Source: a virus | Lineage: Duplodnaviria > Caudoviricetes | DNA: 56,814 nt | Strand: one strand, 5' to 3' | Virus record (IMG/VR): IMGVR_UViG_3300029319_000057 | Coordinates: 1-56,814 of that record | Shown: in pieces, positions 1 through 7,998 of the stretch | How the letters are laid out: the number at the start of each line of letters is the position of its first letter | Position numbering within the stretch: position 1 is the stretch's first letter | Made by a program: the position numbers and the translations under genes | Notes under the pieces: model-generated | Seen by the model: only the letters and a program-made list of their open reading frames with translations | Told to the model about the DNA's origin: nothing | The model's database searches: none

Positions 1-250
1 CTTTATAAGCCTTAGTGTTTCTAGTTGACGAAGGTATTACTCGGTATTTCTTCAACTTATCGGGCTCAAGTATAGCGGTGTGAAAATATCCGCCAACAAG
101 AAACGCTGGGCTAGGCTTAGATTGTTCTCCAAGCGCTAAGGGGTTAGTTAATAAAGTCCTAATGTCACTATTACTTAAATATTGTTTACCAAATTCGCCG
201 TAATAGTTTTCATCATTTCTTAATTTTTCAATAACCTCTTCTTTGTTCAT
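1..250 (-). CDS. PD-(D/E)XK exonuclease, RecE/exonuclease VIII-like (truncated by window edge)
   Basis: Not in ORF track; hand translation from ATG at 250: MNKEEVIEKLRNDENYYGEFGKQYLSNSDIRTLL...AFLVGGYFHTAILEPDK, resembling the LSxS...GxxxHxxxLEP N-terminus of RecE-like phage nucleases; adjacent to ERF. Confidence 0.7.
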   Translation of the reverse strand, partial: MNKEEVIEKLRNDENYYGEFGKQYLSNSDIRTLLTNPLALGEQSKPSPAFLVGGYFHTAILEPDKLKKYRVIPSSTRNTKAYK

Positions 251-251
251 T

Positions 252-284
252 TATATTATCTGTATTGATTCGTATTTAGCTTGC
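252..284 (-). promoter_or_regulatory. Repeated promoter-like motif, copy 1
   Basis: Minus strand GCAAG-CTAAATACGA-N9-GATAATATA, ending 1 nt before the ATG at 250. Confidence 0.7.
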
Positions 285-827
285 GACCTTTGCTTTTGTT
301 AATGTTGAAAGCTGGCCAGGTGTTAAATCATATTTAGCTTTTATAGCATCTAATTTGCCACCCGCTTTTAAATAATCAATTGCTTTAGTTACATCATGAA
401 GTGTTTGTTTTGTTTTCTGTTTAGTTGTAACTTTGCCGTGATTATTTGTAGCGTCGCTATCTTGCGTATCATCGATTAATAATAGGTTTCCTAACGCATA
501 CTTTTTAGCATAGCTCGACGCCGAACCAAATTGTTGCGGAGTCTGCATACCTTTCTGGTTCAGATCCACACCAACTATCGCAACTGCAGATAATTCCATA
601 CCTTTTTCATCAATCAACTTTGCGGTTGTTTTAATTATAGGCATAGGTTCATTAGCAATTAACTTTTCAGTAATTGTTACTGCAACACCTAACTCGTCGT
701 TAAACGGTTTAATAGCTTCGAGAATGTCTTCGGCACTGCGAAAGTAATATTTGCCGAAGGAATTAAATCTACTCTTCTTCGATTTAAATCTTGTTTGAAT
801 TTTTGCTAGTTTCTGGTATATGGTCAT
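276..827 (-). CDS. erf: ERF-family single-strand annealing protein
   Basis: KLAKIQ...NSFGKYYFRSAEDILEAIKP N-terminus and QQFGSASSYAKKYALGNLLLIDD motif typical of ERF. Confidence 0.9.
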   Translation of the reverse strand: MTIYQKLAKIQTRFKSKKSRFNSFGKYYFRSAEDILEAIKPFNDELGVAVTITEKLIANEPMPIIKTTAKLIDEKGMELSAVAIVGVDLNQKGMQTPQQFGSASSYAKKYALGNLLLIDDTQDSDATNNHGKVTTKQKTKQTLHDVTKAIDYLKAGGKLDAIKAKYDLTPGQLSTLTKAKVAS

Positions 828-881
828 AATAATATAATTACATATTTTAGTTAATACTTAAACGGTAATTTTTACCGTAAC

Positions 882-1646
882 TTAAAGGTAATCAAGCACT
901 TGTGTTGCGTCAACATTATTAATTAAGCATTGAATAGCGTCGCGTTTTATCTGAGATATACGCACATGAGCGGTATTCACGTTAATATCTAACTTGCTTG
1001 CAATTTCATTTGCAGAGTGCTTATCACAGTCAAGACCATAGCTTAATCGCAAGACCTCATACTGTTTAAAATCTAAATGCTTTTTCATTAGCTGTAACAG
1101 ATAAGCATTGAGTAAATGTATATTATATGGTTCTGATTTATCAATTACTTGATAAGCCATATTTTCATCCTGTGCAGGATTTTCATCAATGCTAGAAAAT
1201 ACGCTATTAAAAAACATCGCAACCATTTTTTCGTCTTTAGGATTGCGCCTTATTTCATTTAGCTTATGTTCAGGTATGCGTACGCCGCCTCTATTAATAT
1301 CTACGGACCTCCGTACTGCGCCCTTTATTCTTTTTGATAGAAATGATTTAATTGTTTTTTCTTGGTCATCAGACTTCTTTAATGTGTCTCTATCTATTTT
1401 AGTAACAGCAGACCATAATCCGATACTACCTTCTTGTAATAAATCATTTATACTTAATACACCAGATGCTTGGTCTGATGTTGATTGTTTTCTCGCCAGT
1501 GTTTCAACTAACGGTAAAAAATTTATAAAGAGTTCTTCATTTGTTAAATATGTATAATCACCTTCAATTGGTTTTCTTACACGCTTAACAGCCGCTTCAA
1601 CTTCTTTCTTATATCTAACGTAATTAGATATGTTATATTTTCTCAT
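882..1646 (-). CDS. Phage RNA polymerase sigma-70 family factor
   Basis: Region 2 (LPLVETLARK...DLLQEGSIGLWSAV...RIKGAVRRSVD..RGGVRIP) and region 4 HTH (YEVLRLSYGL...SANEIASKL...RISQIKRDAI). Confidence 0.9.
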   Translation of the reverse strand: MRKYNISNYVRYKKEVEAAVKRVRKPIEGDYTYLTNEELFINFLPLVETLARKQSTSDQASGVLSINDLLQEGSIGLWSAVTKIDRDTLKKSDDQEKTIKSFLSKRIKGAVRRSVDINRGGVRIPEHKLNEIRRNPKDEKMVAMFFNSVFSSIDENPAQDENMAYQVIDKSEPYNIHLLNAYLLQLMKKHLDFKQYEVLRLSYGLDCDKHSANEIASKLDINVNTAHVRISQIKRDAIQCLINNVDATQVLDYL

Positions 1647-2263
1647 ATTTCTTTATTTAGTATTTCTTTTTCTCGCTTCAATTGATTACCCATATTTCTA
1701 TATATGGTTCGAGTAGTACACTTTAATAATTTAGCTAGCTTAGCTATAGTTATTTTCTGTTTACTATCGTTTAAATCTATCATGCATTGGTATATATCTT
1801 CTTCACATATTCTTTTACTTCTACCAATCAATCTTCCAACTATACTTAGCTTTTCGCTTAATGATAAACCAGTATAATCTTTAAATATTACTTTACGTAT
1901 ACGATTACGCGGAGGTTCGCCTCCTTCCATTAATACCTGACCGATCATATCTTCTAATAGTTTATTGTTAATAAAGAAAGTAACAAAACCATTTTCTTTT
2001 TTAGCTATAAATCTAGCTACAGTAACAAAATCGGAATTTATTATATTATCCATGTTAAGATAGTATAATACAAGCATATGCCATTTTAACGACTTATACG
2101 TAGTAATTTTTGCTTTACTTCTAAATAAACTATAACATTGATATGTACCTTCCGCGTAATAATCATATTGATCAGTACTTTCGGTAGGCTTATCTGTGAT
2201 AGGGTCACGTCTATAATTTATTCGCCTATCATTCAGCCACTTCATATTTCTTTCATGTGACAT
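1643..2263 (-). CDS. Putative DNA-binding protein with C-terminal HTH
   Basis: C-terminal ITIAKLAKLLKCTTRTIYRNM helix-turn-helix; 4-nt overlap with sigma gene. Confidence 0.7.
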   Translation of the reverse strand: MSHERNMKWLNDRRINYRRDPITDKPTESTDQYDYYAEGTYQCYSLFRSKAKITTYKSLKWHMLVLYYLNMDNIINSDFVTVARFIAKKENGFVTFFINNKLLEDMIGQVLMEGGEPPRNRIRKVIFKDYTGLSLSEKLSIVGRLIGRSKRICEEDIYQCMIDLNDSKQKITIAKLAKLLKCTTRTIYRNMGNQLKREKEILNKEI

Positions 2264-2301
2264 TTGCTTATTACTATTTATTTATTATTAGCTTTTGTCG
2301 C
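2256..2301. promoter_or_regulatory. Operator-like pseudopalindrome, copy A (overlaps HTH gene start codon)
   Basis: Minus strand GCGACAAAAGCTA-(AT-rich)-TAAGCAAATGTCACA; similar copies at 7470 and 8754. Confidence 0.55.
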
Positions 2302-2391
2302 TCTGCGCTTTTTAAATTGTTTTATTGATGAACTAATATTTCTATAATTAGTTTCAATTAAATGTTTATATAATTTTCTTCTAATACTCAT
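2278..2391 (-). CDS. Small basic hypothetical protein (37 aa)
   Basis: Hand translation MSIRRKLYKHLIETNYRNISSSIKQFKKRRATKANNK; fills gap in operon. Confidence 0.45.
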   Translation of the reverse strand: MSIRRKLYKHLIETNYRNISSSIKQFKKRRATKANNK

Positions 2392-2626
2392 TTTTTCTTT
2401 CGTGTCTTACATCACCGAAAATTATCAACTGCATATCGCTATCGTCATATTTTTCTTTCTCGGGATAATTAAAATATCTATTTAATATCATAACTCCTTG
2501 GTCCTCAGGCAAAGTTAAGTTTATGTATATCGCTGTTATTAGAGACGAATTGATTGCTATCAATAGTACTATAATAAGTTTCGATAACCTCTCTAGGAAC
2601 TGTGTCGTGTGTATAGGGTTTTTCAT
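2381..2626 (-). CDS. Small hypothetical protein, possibly membrane-anchored; start uncertain (2626 or 2491)
   Basis: Part of ORF 2381..2737; hydrophobic LIIVLLIAINSSLITAIYI stretch if started at 2626. Confidence 0.4.
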   Translation of the reverse strand: MKNPIHTTQFLERLSKLIIVLLIAINSSLITAIYINLTLPEDQGVMILNRYFNYPEKEKYDDSDMQLIIFGDVRHERKNEY

Positions 2627-3074
2627 TTTTGTTACAAATTTTTCGTTTGTCAATAATATAATATCGCCAGTAACCGTGTATAGCATTTGCCATTTTATAC
2701 TCGTCTGGCATACACTGTGGCGGGTCTGTCCACTCATAGCTAGTTATATTAGCAGGTGGTGTCGCTAAGAAATCTCTACATTTATTTATAGTGAGATGTT
2801 CTTTACCATATCGTTTAGTATATTCTTTACCCAGTGCAATCATATGGTCATATAACCACATATAGTTTGGTATAGAAGTTCTACACCATACAGTTGATGG
2901 GTGATTAAGGTGAGCCTGTTTATAAGGTACGTGTAGCTTTTGTTCTGAACTACCAAACACGTGGTGTGCAGTACAAAGCATTTGTGCGGACTCTAATATC
3001 ATTTTTACTTTATGCTTATCGTAAACATAAGACGCCGCTTTTGCGGGATCGTGGTGTAAGAAAAATATATTCAT
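2505..3074 (-). CDS. Pyrimidine-dimer DNA glycosylase / endonuclease V-like protein
   Basis: MNIFFL..DP..AA...DKHKVKMILESAQMLCTAH, HLNHPSTVWCR, PPQCMPDEYK motifs. Confidence 0.85.
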   Translation of the reverse strand: MNIFFLHHDPAKAASYVYDKHKVKMILESAQMLCTAHHVFGSSEQKLHVPYKQAHLNHPSTVWCRTSIPNYMWLYDHMIALGKEYTKRYGKEHLTINKCRDFLATPPANITSYEWTDPPQCMPDEYKMANAIHGYWRYYIIDKRKICNKNEKPYTHDTVPREVIETYYSTIDSNQFVSNNSDIHKLNFA

Positions 3075-3346
3075 AATTTTTTCTTTAAATAGTTAATTCG
3101 TTGGTTAATTACTGCAGCTTTTTCATATTCTTCAGTTACTAAATACTCTTGTAATATTAACTTTAGATTTTTTATTTCTTCTTTAATATCGTCTTCAGGT
3201 GTTTTAAAACTATCCTGTATTTGTTGGTTAAGAATATCTGCTCCATATGTTGCAGTATCAGGGTCTAAAAATTCTTCGTATAAATCTCTTTTTATACGAT
3301 TATATAATGCTTGGTATTCTTCTTCGCTCATACTTATATTATCCAT
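3071..3346 (-). CDS. Hypothetical protein with C-terminal UVR (UvrB/C) coiled-coil motif
   Basis: LQEYLVTEEYEKAAVINQRINYL. Confidence 0.65.
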   Translation of the reverse strand: MDNISMSEEEYQALYNRIKRDLYEEFLDPDTATYGADILNQQIQDSFKTPEDDIKEEIKNLKLILQEYLVTEEYEKAAVINQRINYLKKKL

Positions 3347-3358
3347 AGGTTTTCGTGT

Positions 3359-3898
3359 TTAGTCTGTAGTTAGTATATCAACTATGTTCTGAGCATTTGC
3401 TCTAATTTTATTATACTTAGCTATTTCGTCTTTAGTAATTGTATCAATTCCAACATCTCCGAATCTAGTTTTGCCATTAGCGAAATCTGTATAATCCATA
3501 TCATCTTTATATGTTTTAATTATATGTTCAGGTGTTGCAACAAATACACATTGTTCTTTATATCTATCGTGACAAGCAACCATAGTTCTAGCTTTATCAC
3601 CAGCCCATATTACATATGTATATTGGTGGTCTACATTATTTATATCAGCATATAAGTAGCAACTGTCGTAATACATATCGTGTACTAGTTTTGCCGCTAA
3701 AGCTGAGCCGTCTTGTCGGTTATTTACATTTAACCAATTAGCTATTTGTACTGCTTGCCATTCAGGATAACCGTCATGGTGATGGTACATATTTACATAG
3801 CTATATTTAGCTACGTTTTCGGGGTGTGTTGCAAGTCCGTAGGAACTACCTCTTGCGTGTTTTCGGTCTACGACCATAATTAAATTTCTAGTTGCCAT
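3359..3898 (-). CDS. Conserved phage hypothetical protein
   Basis: 179-aa ORF with MATR...YxHxDGYP motif seen in many phage proteins. Confidence 0.7.
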   Translation of the reverse strand: MATRNLIMVVDRKHARGSSYGLATHPENVAKYSYVNMYHHHDGYPEWQAVQIANWLNVNNRQDGSALAAKLVHDMYYDSCYLYADINNVDHQYTYVIWAGDKARTMVACHDRYKEQCVFVATPEHIIKTYKDDMDYTDFANGKTRFGDVGIDTITKDEIAKYNKIRANAQNIVDILTTD

Positions 3899-4154
3899 AT
3901 TCTATATCTTCGTTATTAGTTACCATCCACTCGCAATCACCCAATCTGTGACCAGCACCTAATAAAAATGCTTCACAAGATTCATGGTCTGGATTCCATT
4001 CGTTTTCTTCGTTACATAATGCTCTAACATTATATCTATATACTTTACCGTCATTAAAATCTAGTACAAATATATATTTAGCTCGTGCTATTCTGTGATG
4101 AGCCGGTCTTATATCCGTACCATGTTCTAATTCATATGCTTTTCTACTATTCAT
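3888..4154 (-). CDS. Hypothetical protein
   Basis: 88-aa ORF overlapping both neighbours. Confidence 0.7.
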   Translation of the reverse strand: MNSRKAYELEHGTDIRPAHHRIARAKYIFVLDFNDGKVYRYNVRALCNEENEWNPDHESCEAFLLGAGHRLGDCEWMVTNNEDIEYGN

Positions 4155-4605
4155 CTTCTTCTAATTTATATTCACCAGAGTCTAATAATTCTTCTTTATA
4201 TTGCTCAAAAAATTCTTCATATACATCAGGCCACCAGCTTTCTAGTTCATGATTAAAATCGTATTCCATATCATCCCATAAGCATGGGTCTATCCATACA
4301 TTATTGCCGTGAGTTATTTCTTCAACAGCTTTTACCGACCAGTCATTATAATCTTCATAATAATAACCGTCTTGTGATATATAAGGTTTATCTTCGTGAG
4401 TACACCAAAATATATCATAACCATCAGAGGTCATTTCAGTATATATTTTTAATGTCCATTTGTCATCTATATAATCACTTGTATTATCTAGTTTACCACC
4501 GTATTCTGTTTCGATATACTCTAGTAACCAGTTGGCATCAGGCTCTTCCATAAAGCCATCCATTTCTAATTTTTCTTTGATTATTTCGTCCGTTAAAATT
4601 TCCAT
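4147..4605 (-). CDS. Highly acidic hypothetical protein
   Basis: 152 aa, very D/E-rich with many W/Y. Confidence 0.75.
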   Translation of the reverse strand: MEILTDEIIKEKLEMDGFMEEPDANWLLEYIETEYGGKLDNTSDYIDDKWTLKIYTEMTSDGYDIFWCTHEDKPYISQDGYYYEDYNDWSVKAVEEITHGNNVWIDPCLWDDMEYDFNHELESWWPDVYEEFFEQYKEELLDSGEYKLEEDE

Positions 4606-4626
4606 AATTAATTGATTTTCAGTTAG

Positions 4627-4700
<74 letters not shown>

Positions 4701-4704
4701 ATAT

Positions 4705-5279
4705 TTTAACAGTAAGCATTGCGACTCGGTAACGCTGCACCCGCATTGTCGGCTCAAAGGTTTTAACCATTCAACAACCGGCTTGGTACTTACTGTTATA
4801 TTGTAGGGTGGTATCGTGCACAATACCCACGCTTTCAGGAGTAACGGGATAATTAGCATTAAGCCTTCCCCTTTACTGTCCTTCGTGTTTTAACCCTAAG
4901 GCTTCGCCCACGGTTCGGTTGTATTCAGCGTCTCAGTCGTGCACTATCTTTCAAGCTGCAACTGTTCTTAGCTTACTGTTACCGGGCCTCGGTCCCGCCT
5001 CAGTCTCGGGTCGCTCATAATGCTAGTGGAGGATTACCCTCTATCTTGTACTTGCATTAGCGGTGCGCCTCTGACATTAATATTTTCGGGGGAAGAAACC
5101 CCAGCAGTTTCTTCTCATTACAGGTGATTCACATATCGGCACTTAGTCCCTAATGTGATTTGTCTTGGGAGTCACCAACCCTTAAACGAGCCATTCACTT
5201 ATGTGGTGTAACGGAATTTTACCGTACTTGGTTTGAACTACCGTGCTAAACTTGCACACCCTAATTAAGCTACTCGTCT
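4705..5279 (-). ncRNA. Putative large structured non-coding RNA (~575 nt)
   Basis: GC-rich island with no credible ORF; many visible helices, e.g. 4707-4718/4787-4798, 5092-5099/5107-5114; abuts tRNA 5' end. Confidence 0.65.
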
Positions 5280-5471
5280 CTATTTACGCCGCCATGCTCT
5301 GTGAACACTTGCAGAGACTTCTTGGCTGACGATTTGTATAGTGTTACCCGTCTTGCCGCTGATAATTGGAACGTAACTATATTGTCGTATAGCACTGCAG
5401 GAAACGCAGGTACTATAACCTAAGGCGATACGGCCAGCGGGTATTATATTTGAACATTTACATTTTTTCAT
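5280..5471 (-). CDS. DksA/TraR-like C4 zinc-finger protein
   Basis: CKCSNIIPAGRIALGYSTCVSC resembles the C..C...IP..R......C..C finger. Confidence 0.6.
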   Translation of the reverse strand: MKKCKCSNIIPAGRIALGYSTCVSCSAIRQYSYVPIISGKTGNTIQIVSQEVSASVHRAWRRK

Positions 5472-5476
5472 ACATA

Positions 5477-5509
5477 TATATTATCGAAAATATTTCGTAT
5501 TTAATTTGC
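5477..5509 (-). promoter_or_regulatory. Repeated promoter-like motif, copy 2
   Basis: GCAAA-TTAAATACGA-N9-GATAATATA just upstream of the Zn-finger gene. Confidence 0.7.
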
Positions 5510-5510
5510 A

Positions 5511-5741
5511 TTATTTTATAACATCAAAATCTATTTCTGTACTTGGGTTAGCTTCTAACCAGTTTAGCATATACTCAATTGTTCTCGTCATTACTGCTTT
5601 TTTCATTTGATTATAGTCATCACCTTCTAACTTATCAAGGTGTGTACCATCAATAGCCCAGTCAATCGAGTCGTCTAATTGTTCTAAACATACTTCGTGT
5701 AAATATTCTGCTACTCTGTCTATATCTTTCATTTTACTCAT
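5511..5741 (-). CDS. Hypothetical protein
   Basis: 76-aa ORF in coupled run. Confidence 0.65.
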   Translation of the reverse strand: MSKMKDIDRVAEYLHEVCLEQLDDSIDWAIDGTHLDKLEGDDYNQMKKAVMTRTIEYMLNWLEANPSTEIDFDVIK

Positions 5742-5929
5742 TTTAATTTAATATTTTTTATAGAGTTAGATAAGTTAAGTTTACCTAATCTATTGTTATA
5801 CATATGCACTAAAAACTCATAAGCTATGTCAAAGTCTTCCCAGCTATCGTATTCATCTCGGTTTGCTTTGTAAAACTTTTCCCATTCTTCTTGAGCCCAT
5901 GCTCTATAATTTAATTCATTACTTGACAT
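5738..5929 (-). CDS. Hypothetical protein
   Basis: 63-aa ORF in coupled run. Confidence 0.6.
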   Translation of the reverse strand: MSSNELNYRAWAQEEWEKFYKANRDEYDSWEDFDIAYEFLVHMYNNRLGKLNLSNSIKNIKLK

Positions 5930-6116
5930 AATCTTTTTCTATTGTTAAACCTAATTCTCTTGCAACATAGTTAATATGTTTCTGGGTTGTTACACTCCAC
6001 CATCCGTGTTGTATAAGTTTTCCTGGATATTCGATCGTTGCGACGTGTGTTGAGTAAGACCATATATCATTACCAACTCGTCTTAAATTTTCTTTATATC
6101 TATTAAATTTTCTCAT
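5919..6116 (-). CDS. Conserved small phage protein
   Basis: SYxTxVA...SxTTxKHIN motif common among phage early proteins. Confidence 0.7.
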   Translation of the reverse strand: MRKFNRYKENLRRVGNDIWSYSTHVATIEYPGKLIQHGWWSVTTQKHINYVARELGLTIEKDYVK

Positions 6117-6337
6117 ATTCTTATTGGTTTATGTGTTAATTCTTCGTGAGCTTTAGCAAGACCTTGTCTCCACTCCCATTCTTTTTTTCTGTATTCGTAG
6201 CTAGTACACCATTTGTACCATGCTTTTGTTAAGTTATTAGAGCCATACTTTGCTTCAAACTCTTCAACTTGCTTTAACTTCGCAGCTATTTTTACTGGGT
6301 CAAAGTCTTTAAATTCTGTCATTGTCAATTTTTCCAT
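6113..6337 (-). CDS. Hypothetical protein
   Basis: ORF 6113..6370; start at 6337 (MEKLT) minimises overlap. Confidence 0.6.
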   Translation of the reverse strand: MEKLTMTEFKDFDPVKIAAKLKQVEEFEAKYGSNNLTKAWYKWCTSYEYRKKEWEWRQGLAKAHEELTHKPIRI

Positions 6338-6569
6338 TTGTAAATAATTTATCGCCATATTTAAAATCAATTCTATCCCATTTATATTCGTTTACATCGC
6401 CCCATATCATTAGGTCTTTGATGGTGCGCATAGTTAAGTCGTTGTAGGAAGTGAATCGGTGTAGTTCAGCAATTACTTCACGTGGTCCGTACTCGTATTT
6501 CTGAGCGTTTTCTTTTAGCTTTGCCTTGATTTCTGGCTTTAGCATTTGGTAAAGTGTTTTAATTTTCAT
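6309..6569 (-). CDS. Hypothetical protein
   Basis: 86-aa ORF downstream of motif copy 3. Confidence 0.65.
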   Translation of the reverse strand: MKIKTLYQMLKPEIKAKLKENAQKYEYGPREVIAELHRFTSYNDLTMRTIKDLMIWGDVNEYKWDRIDFKYGDKLFTNGKIDNDRI

Positions 6570-6591
6570 AGTATTTTATTTTAGTTACATT

Positions 6592-6624
6592 AATATTATC
6601 TTTATGGTATCGTATTTAGATTGC
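6592..6624 (-). promoter_or_regulatory. Repeated promoter-like motif, copy 3
   Basis: GCAAT-CTAAATACGA-N9-GATAATATT then AATGTAAC. Confidence 0.7.
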
Positions 6625-6774
6625 ATAATACTTTTTACTAAATACTTTTTTCTGTGGTACTTTATACCTTCGATTACCCATACCTTTACATTCACCATAT
6701 ATTTTTACCATTTCAATATGGTGATGTTTACGTGCTTTCTTTTTATTCTCTACATACTGGCAGAGTTCTTTCAT
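6616..6774 (-). CDS. Small basic hypothetical protein (52 aa)
   Basis: Hand translation MKELCQYVENKRKARKHHHIEMVKIYGECKGMGNRRYKVPQKKVFSKKYYAI. Confidence 0.5.
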   Translation of the reverse strand: MKELCQYVENKKKARKHHHIEMVKIYGECKGMGNRRYKVPQKKVFSKKYYAI

Positions 6775-6775
6775 A

Positions 6776-6919
6776 TTAGTTACTTTCATAAGCTTCGTCT
6801 ATTAAGTGGTTAATTTCTTTTAGTATTTCCTCTTTACTTAAGTCACTGTATTCTAGTCCACTTTTAGTGAACATTTCTATTTTCAGTAACGCTACTATTC
6901 TTTTATCTAATCTACTCAT
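6776..6919 (-). CDS. Small hypothetical protein (47 aa)
   Basis: Hand translation MSRLDKRIVALLKIEMFTKSGLEYSDLSKEEILKEINHLIDEAYESN; coupled to neighbours. Confidence 0.5.
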   Translation of the reverse strand: MSRLDKRIVALLKIEMFTKSGLEYSDLSKEEILKEINHLIDEAYESN

Positions 6920-7053
6920 AATATAGTTGTATTATTATATTCGTGTATTTCGTTTATTGCCTGTACAAATTCATCTTTGTCAATTGTACCGTCTTCAAGT
7001 TTACTTATTTGAAAACCTATCTCAGTCATTAATTCTATAAATTCTCTATTCAT
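6916..7053 (-). CDS. Small hypothetical protein (45 aa)
   Basis: Hand translation MNREFIELMTEIGFQISKLEDGTIDKDEFVQAINEIHEYNNTTIL; ATGA overlaps at both ends. Confidence 0.5.
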   Translation of the reverse strand: MNREFIELMTEIGFQISKLEDGTIDKDEFVQAINEIHEYNNTTIL

Positions 7054-7334
7054 AATTCAAAATATTGTATGTATTCATCTCTAGTTACTTCGTCTTCGTC
7101 ATGTTTGTCTAAGTGATTTAAGTATAATTCTCTTAGTATATCTTCTAACATTTCTATACTTGTTGACTTTAATCTCTCATCAAACCAGTCTTGATTCACT
7201 ATTCCATTATGTAATACATAGTTACATAATATTGTTTCATTGTTTACGTCTTCTTCTGTTCCCCAGTAGTCTACGTTTTCTTTGTGTTTTACTATTTCTT
7301 TTTTAGTAAAGTTAATAATTTCTTTAGTGTTCAT
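7050..7334 (-). CDS. Hypothetical acidic protein
   Basis: 94-aa ORF downstream of motif copy 4. Confidence 0.65.
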   Translation of the reverse strand: MNTKEIINFTKKEIVKHKENVDYWGTEEDVNNETILCNYVLHNGIVNQDWFDERLKSTSIEMLEDILRELYLNHLDKHDEDEVTRDEYIQYFEL

Positions 7335-7357
7335 TTTTAATTTTTTATAGTTACATT

Positions 7358-7390
7358 TATATTATCTAAAAAAGTTCGTATTTAGTTTGT
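7358..7390 (-). promoter_or_regulatory. Repeated promoter-like motif, copy 4
   Basis: ACAAA-CTAAATACGA-N9-GATAATATA then AATGTAAC. Confidence 0.7.
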
Positions 7391-7469
7391 AAAAGTATAC
7401 TAATTGTTTAATAGTATAAAAAGTGTTGTAGGTATAATTCGTAACTCTCTTTTGTGTAAAGTGAAAATA

Positions 7470-7516
7470 GTGACGTTAGCTAGTAATATTAGTAATAATA
7501 GTAAGCAAATGTCACA
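7470..7516. promoter_or_regulatory. Operator-like pseudopalindrome, copy B
   Basis: GTGACGTTAGCTA-(AT-rich)-TAAGCAAATGTCACA. Confidence 0.55.
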
Positions 7517-7529
7517 CTGTTTACCGGCA

Positions 7530-7627
7530 TGACGATCTGTCACGTTAGTAACTTTATATGACAATGCGTCATACGGTGAGATTTCCGGCGCAATTTTTGC
7601 TATACGCAATGCTATACATTGCTATAC
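7530..7627. repeat. Two TGAC-N5-GTCA palindromes and three TGCTATAC direct repeats
   Basis: Palindromes at 7530-7542 and 7559-7571; TGCTATAC at 7598, 7610, 7620. Confidence 0.7.
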
Positions 7628-7695
7628 ACCGAAACCCTCCGGTGCCGAGTGATACTTTCCGTATATCTTGCCTTTGGGTTTGGTGATTAGAGAGT

Positions 7696-7998
7696 CTACT
7701 TTACTTCAACTCTTTCTATTACTATGTCTCTTACATTTGAAGGCATTCTAGTACTTTGTGACCAGTAACCTCTTTTCAACCAACAAGGCATTATGTTTAG
7801 TTTAGGTAACATTACTTTTAGTACTTCGTCGTGGTTGTAAGTTACTTTTTCATTTTTGTTATTAACAAAGGTAATGATTTGATTTCTACCGTACCATGAC
7901 TTTCTTACTACAAAGTTTTTTCTTGTGATTGGTGGAAAGATTTCTTTTAACTCTTTCTTACTTAGTTTACTGATTGCTTGATTTAATTTAGTGTTCAT
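7696..7998 (-). CDS. Hypothetical basic protein
   Basis: 100-aa ORF with AT-rich leader. Confidence 0.7.
   Translation of the reverse strand: MNTKLNQAISKLSKKELKEIFPPITRKNFVVRKSWYGRNQIITFVNNKNEKVTYNHDEVLKVMLPKLNIMPCWLKRGYWSQSTRMPSNVRDIVIERVEVK

Noticed and set aside
862-878. ACGG...CCGT hairpins at 862, 5211 and 8644 as a repeated signal
   Set aside because: Short stems with variable loops; cannot be told from chance or ordinary hairpins
4705-5279. tmRNA, RNase P RNA or self-splicing intron identity for the non-coding island
   Set aside because: No tRNA-Ala-like ends or tag frame, no recognisable P4 or intron core by eye, and no interrupted gene; not formally excluded without Infernal
5255-5280. 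tRNA-like start GAGACGAGTAGCTTAATTAGG
   Set aside because: No anticodon arm or T-loop at the expected distance; pairs instead as the RNA's 5' domain
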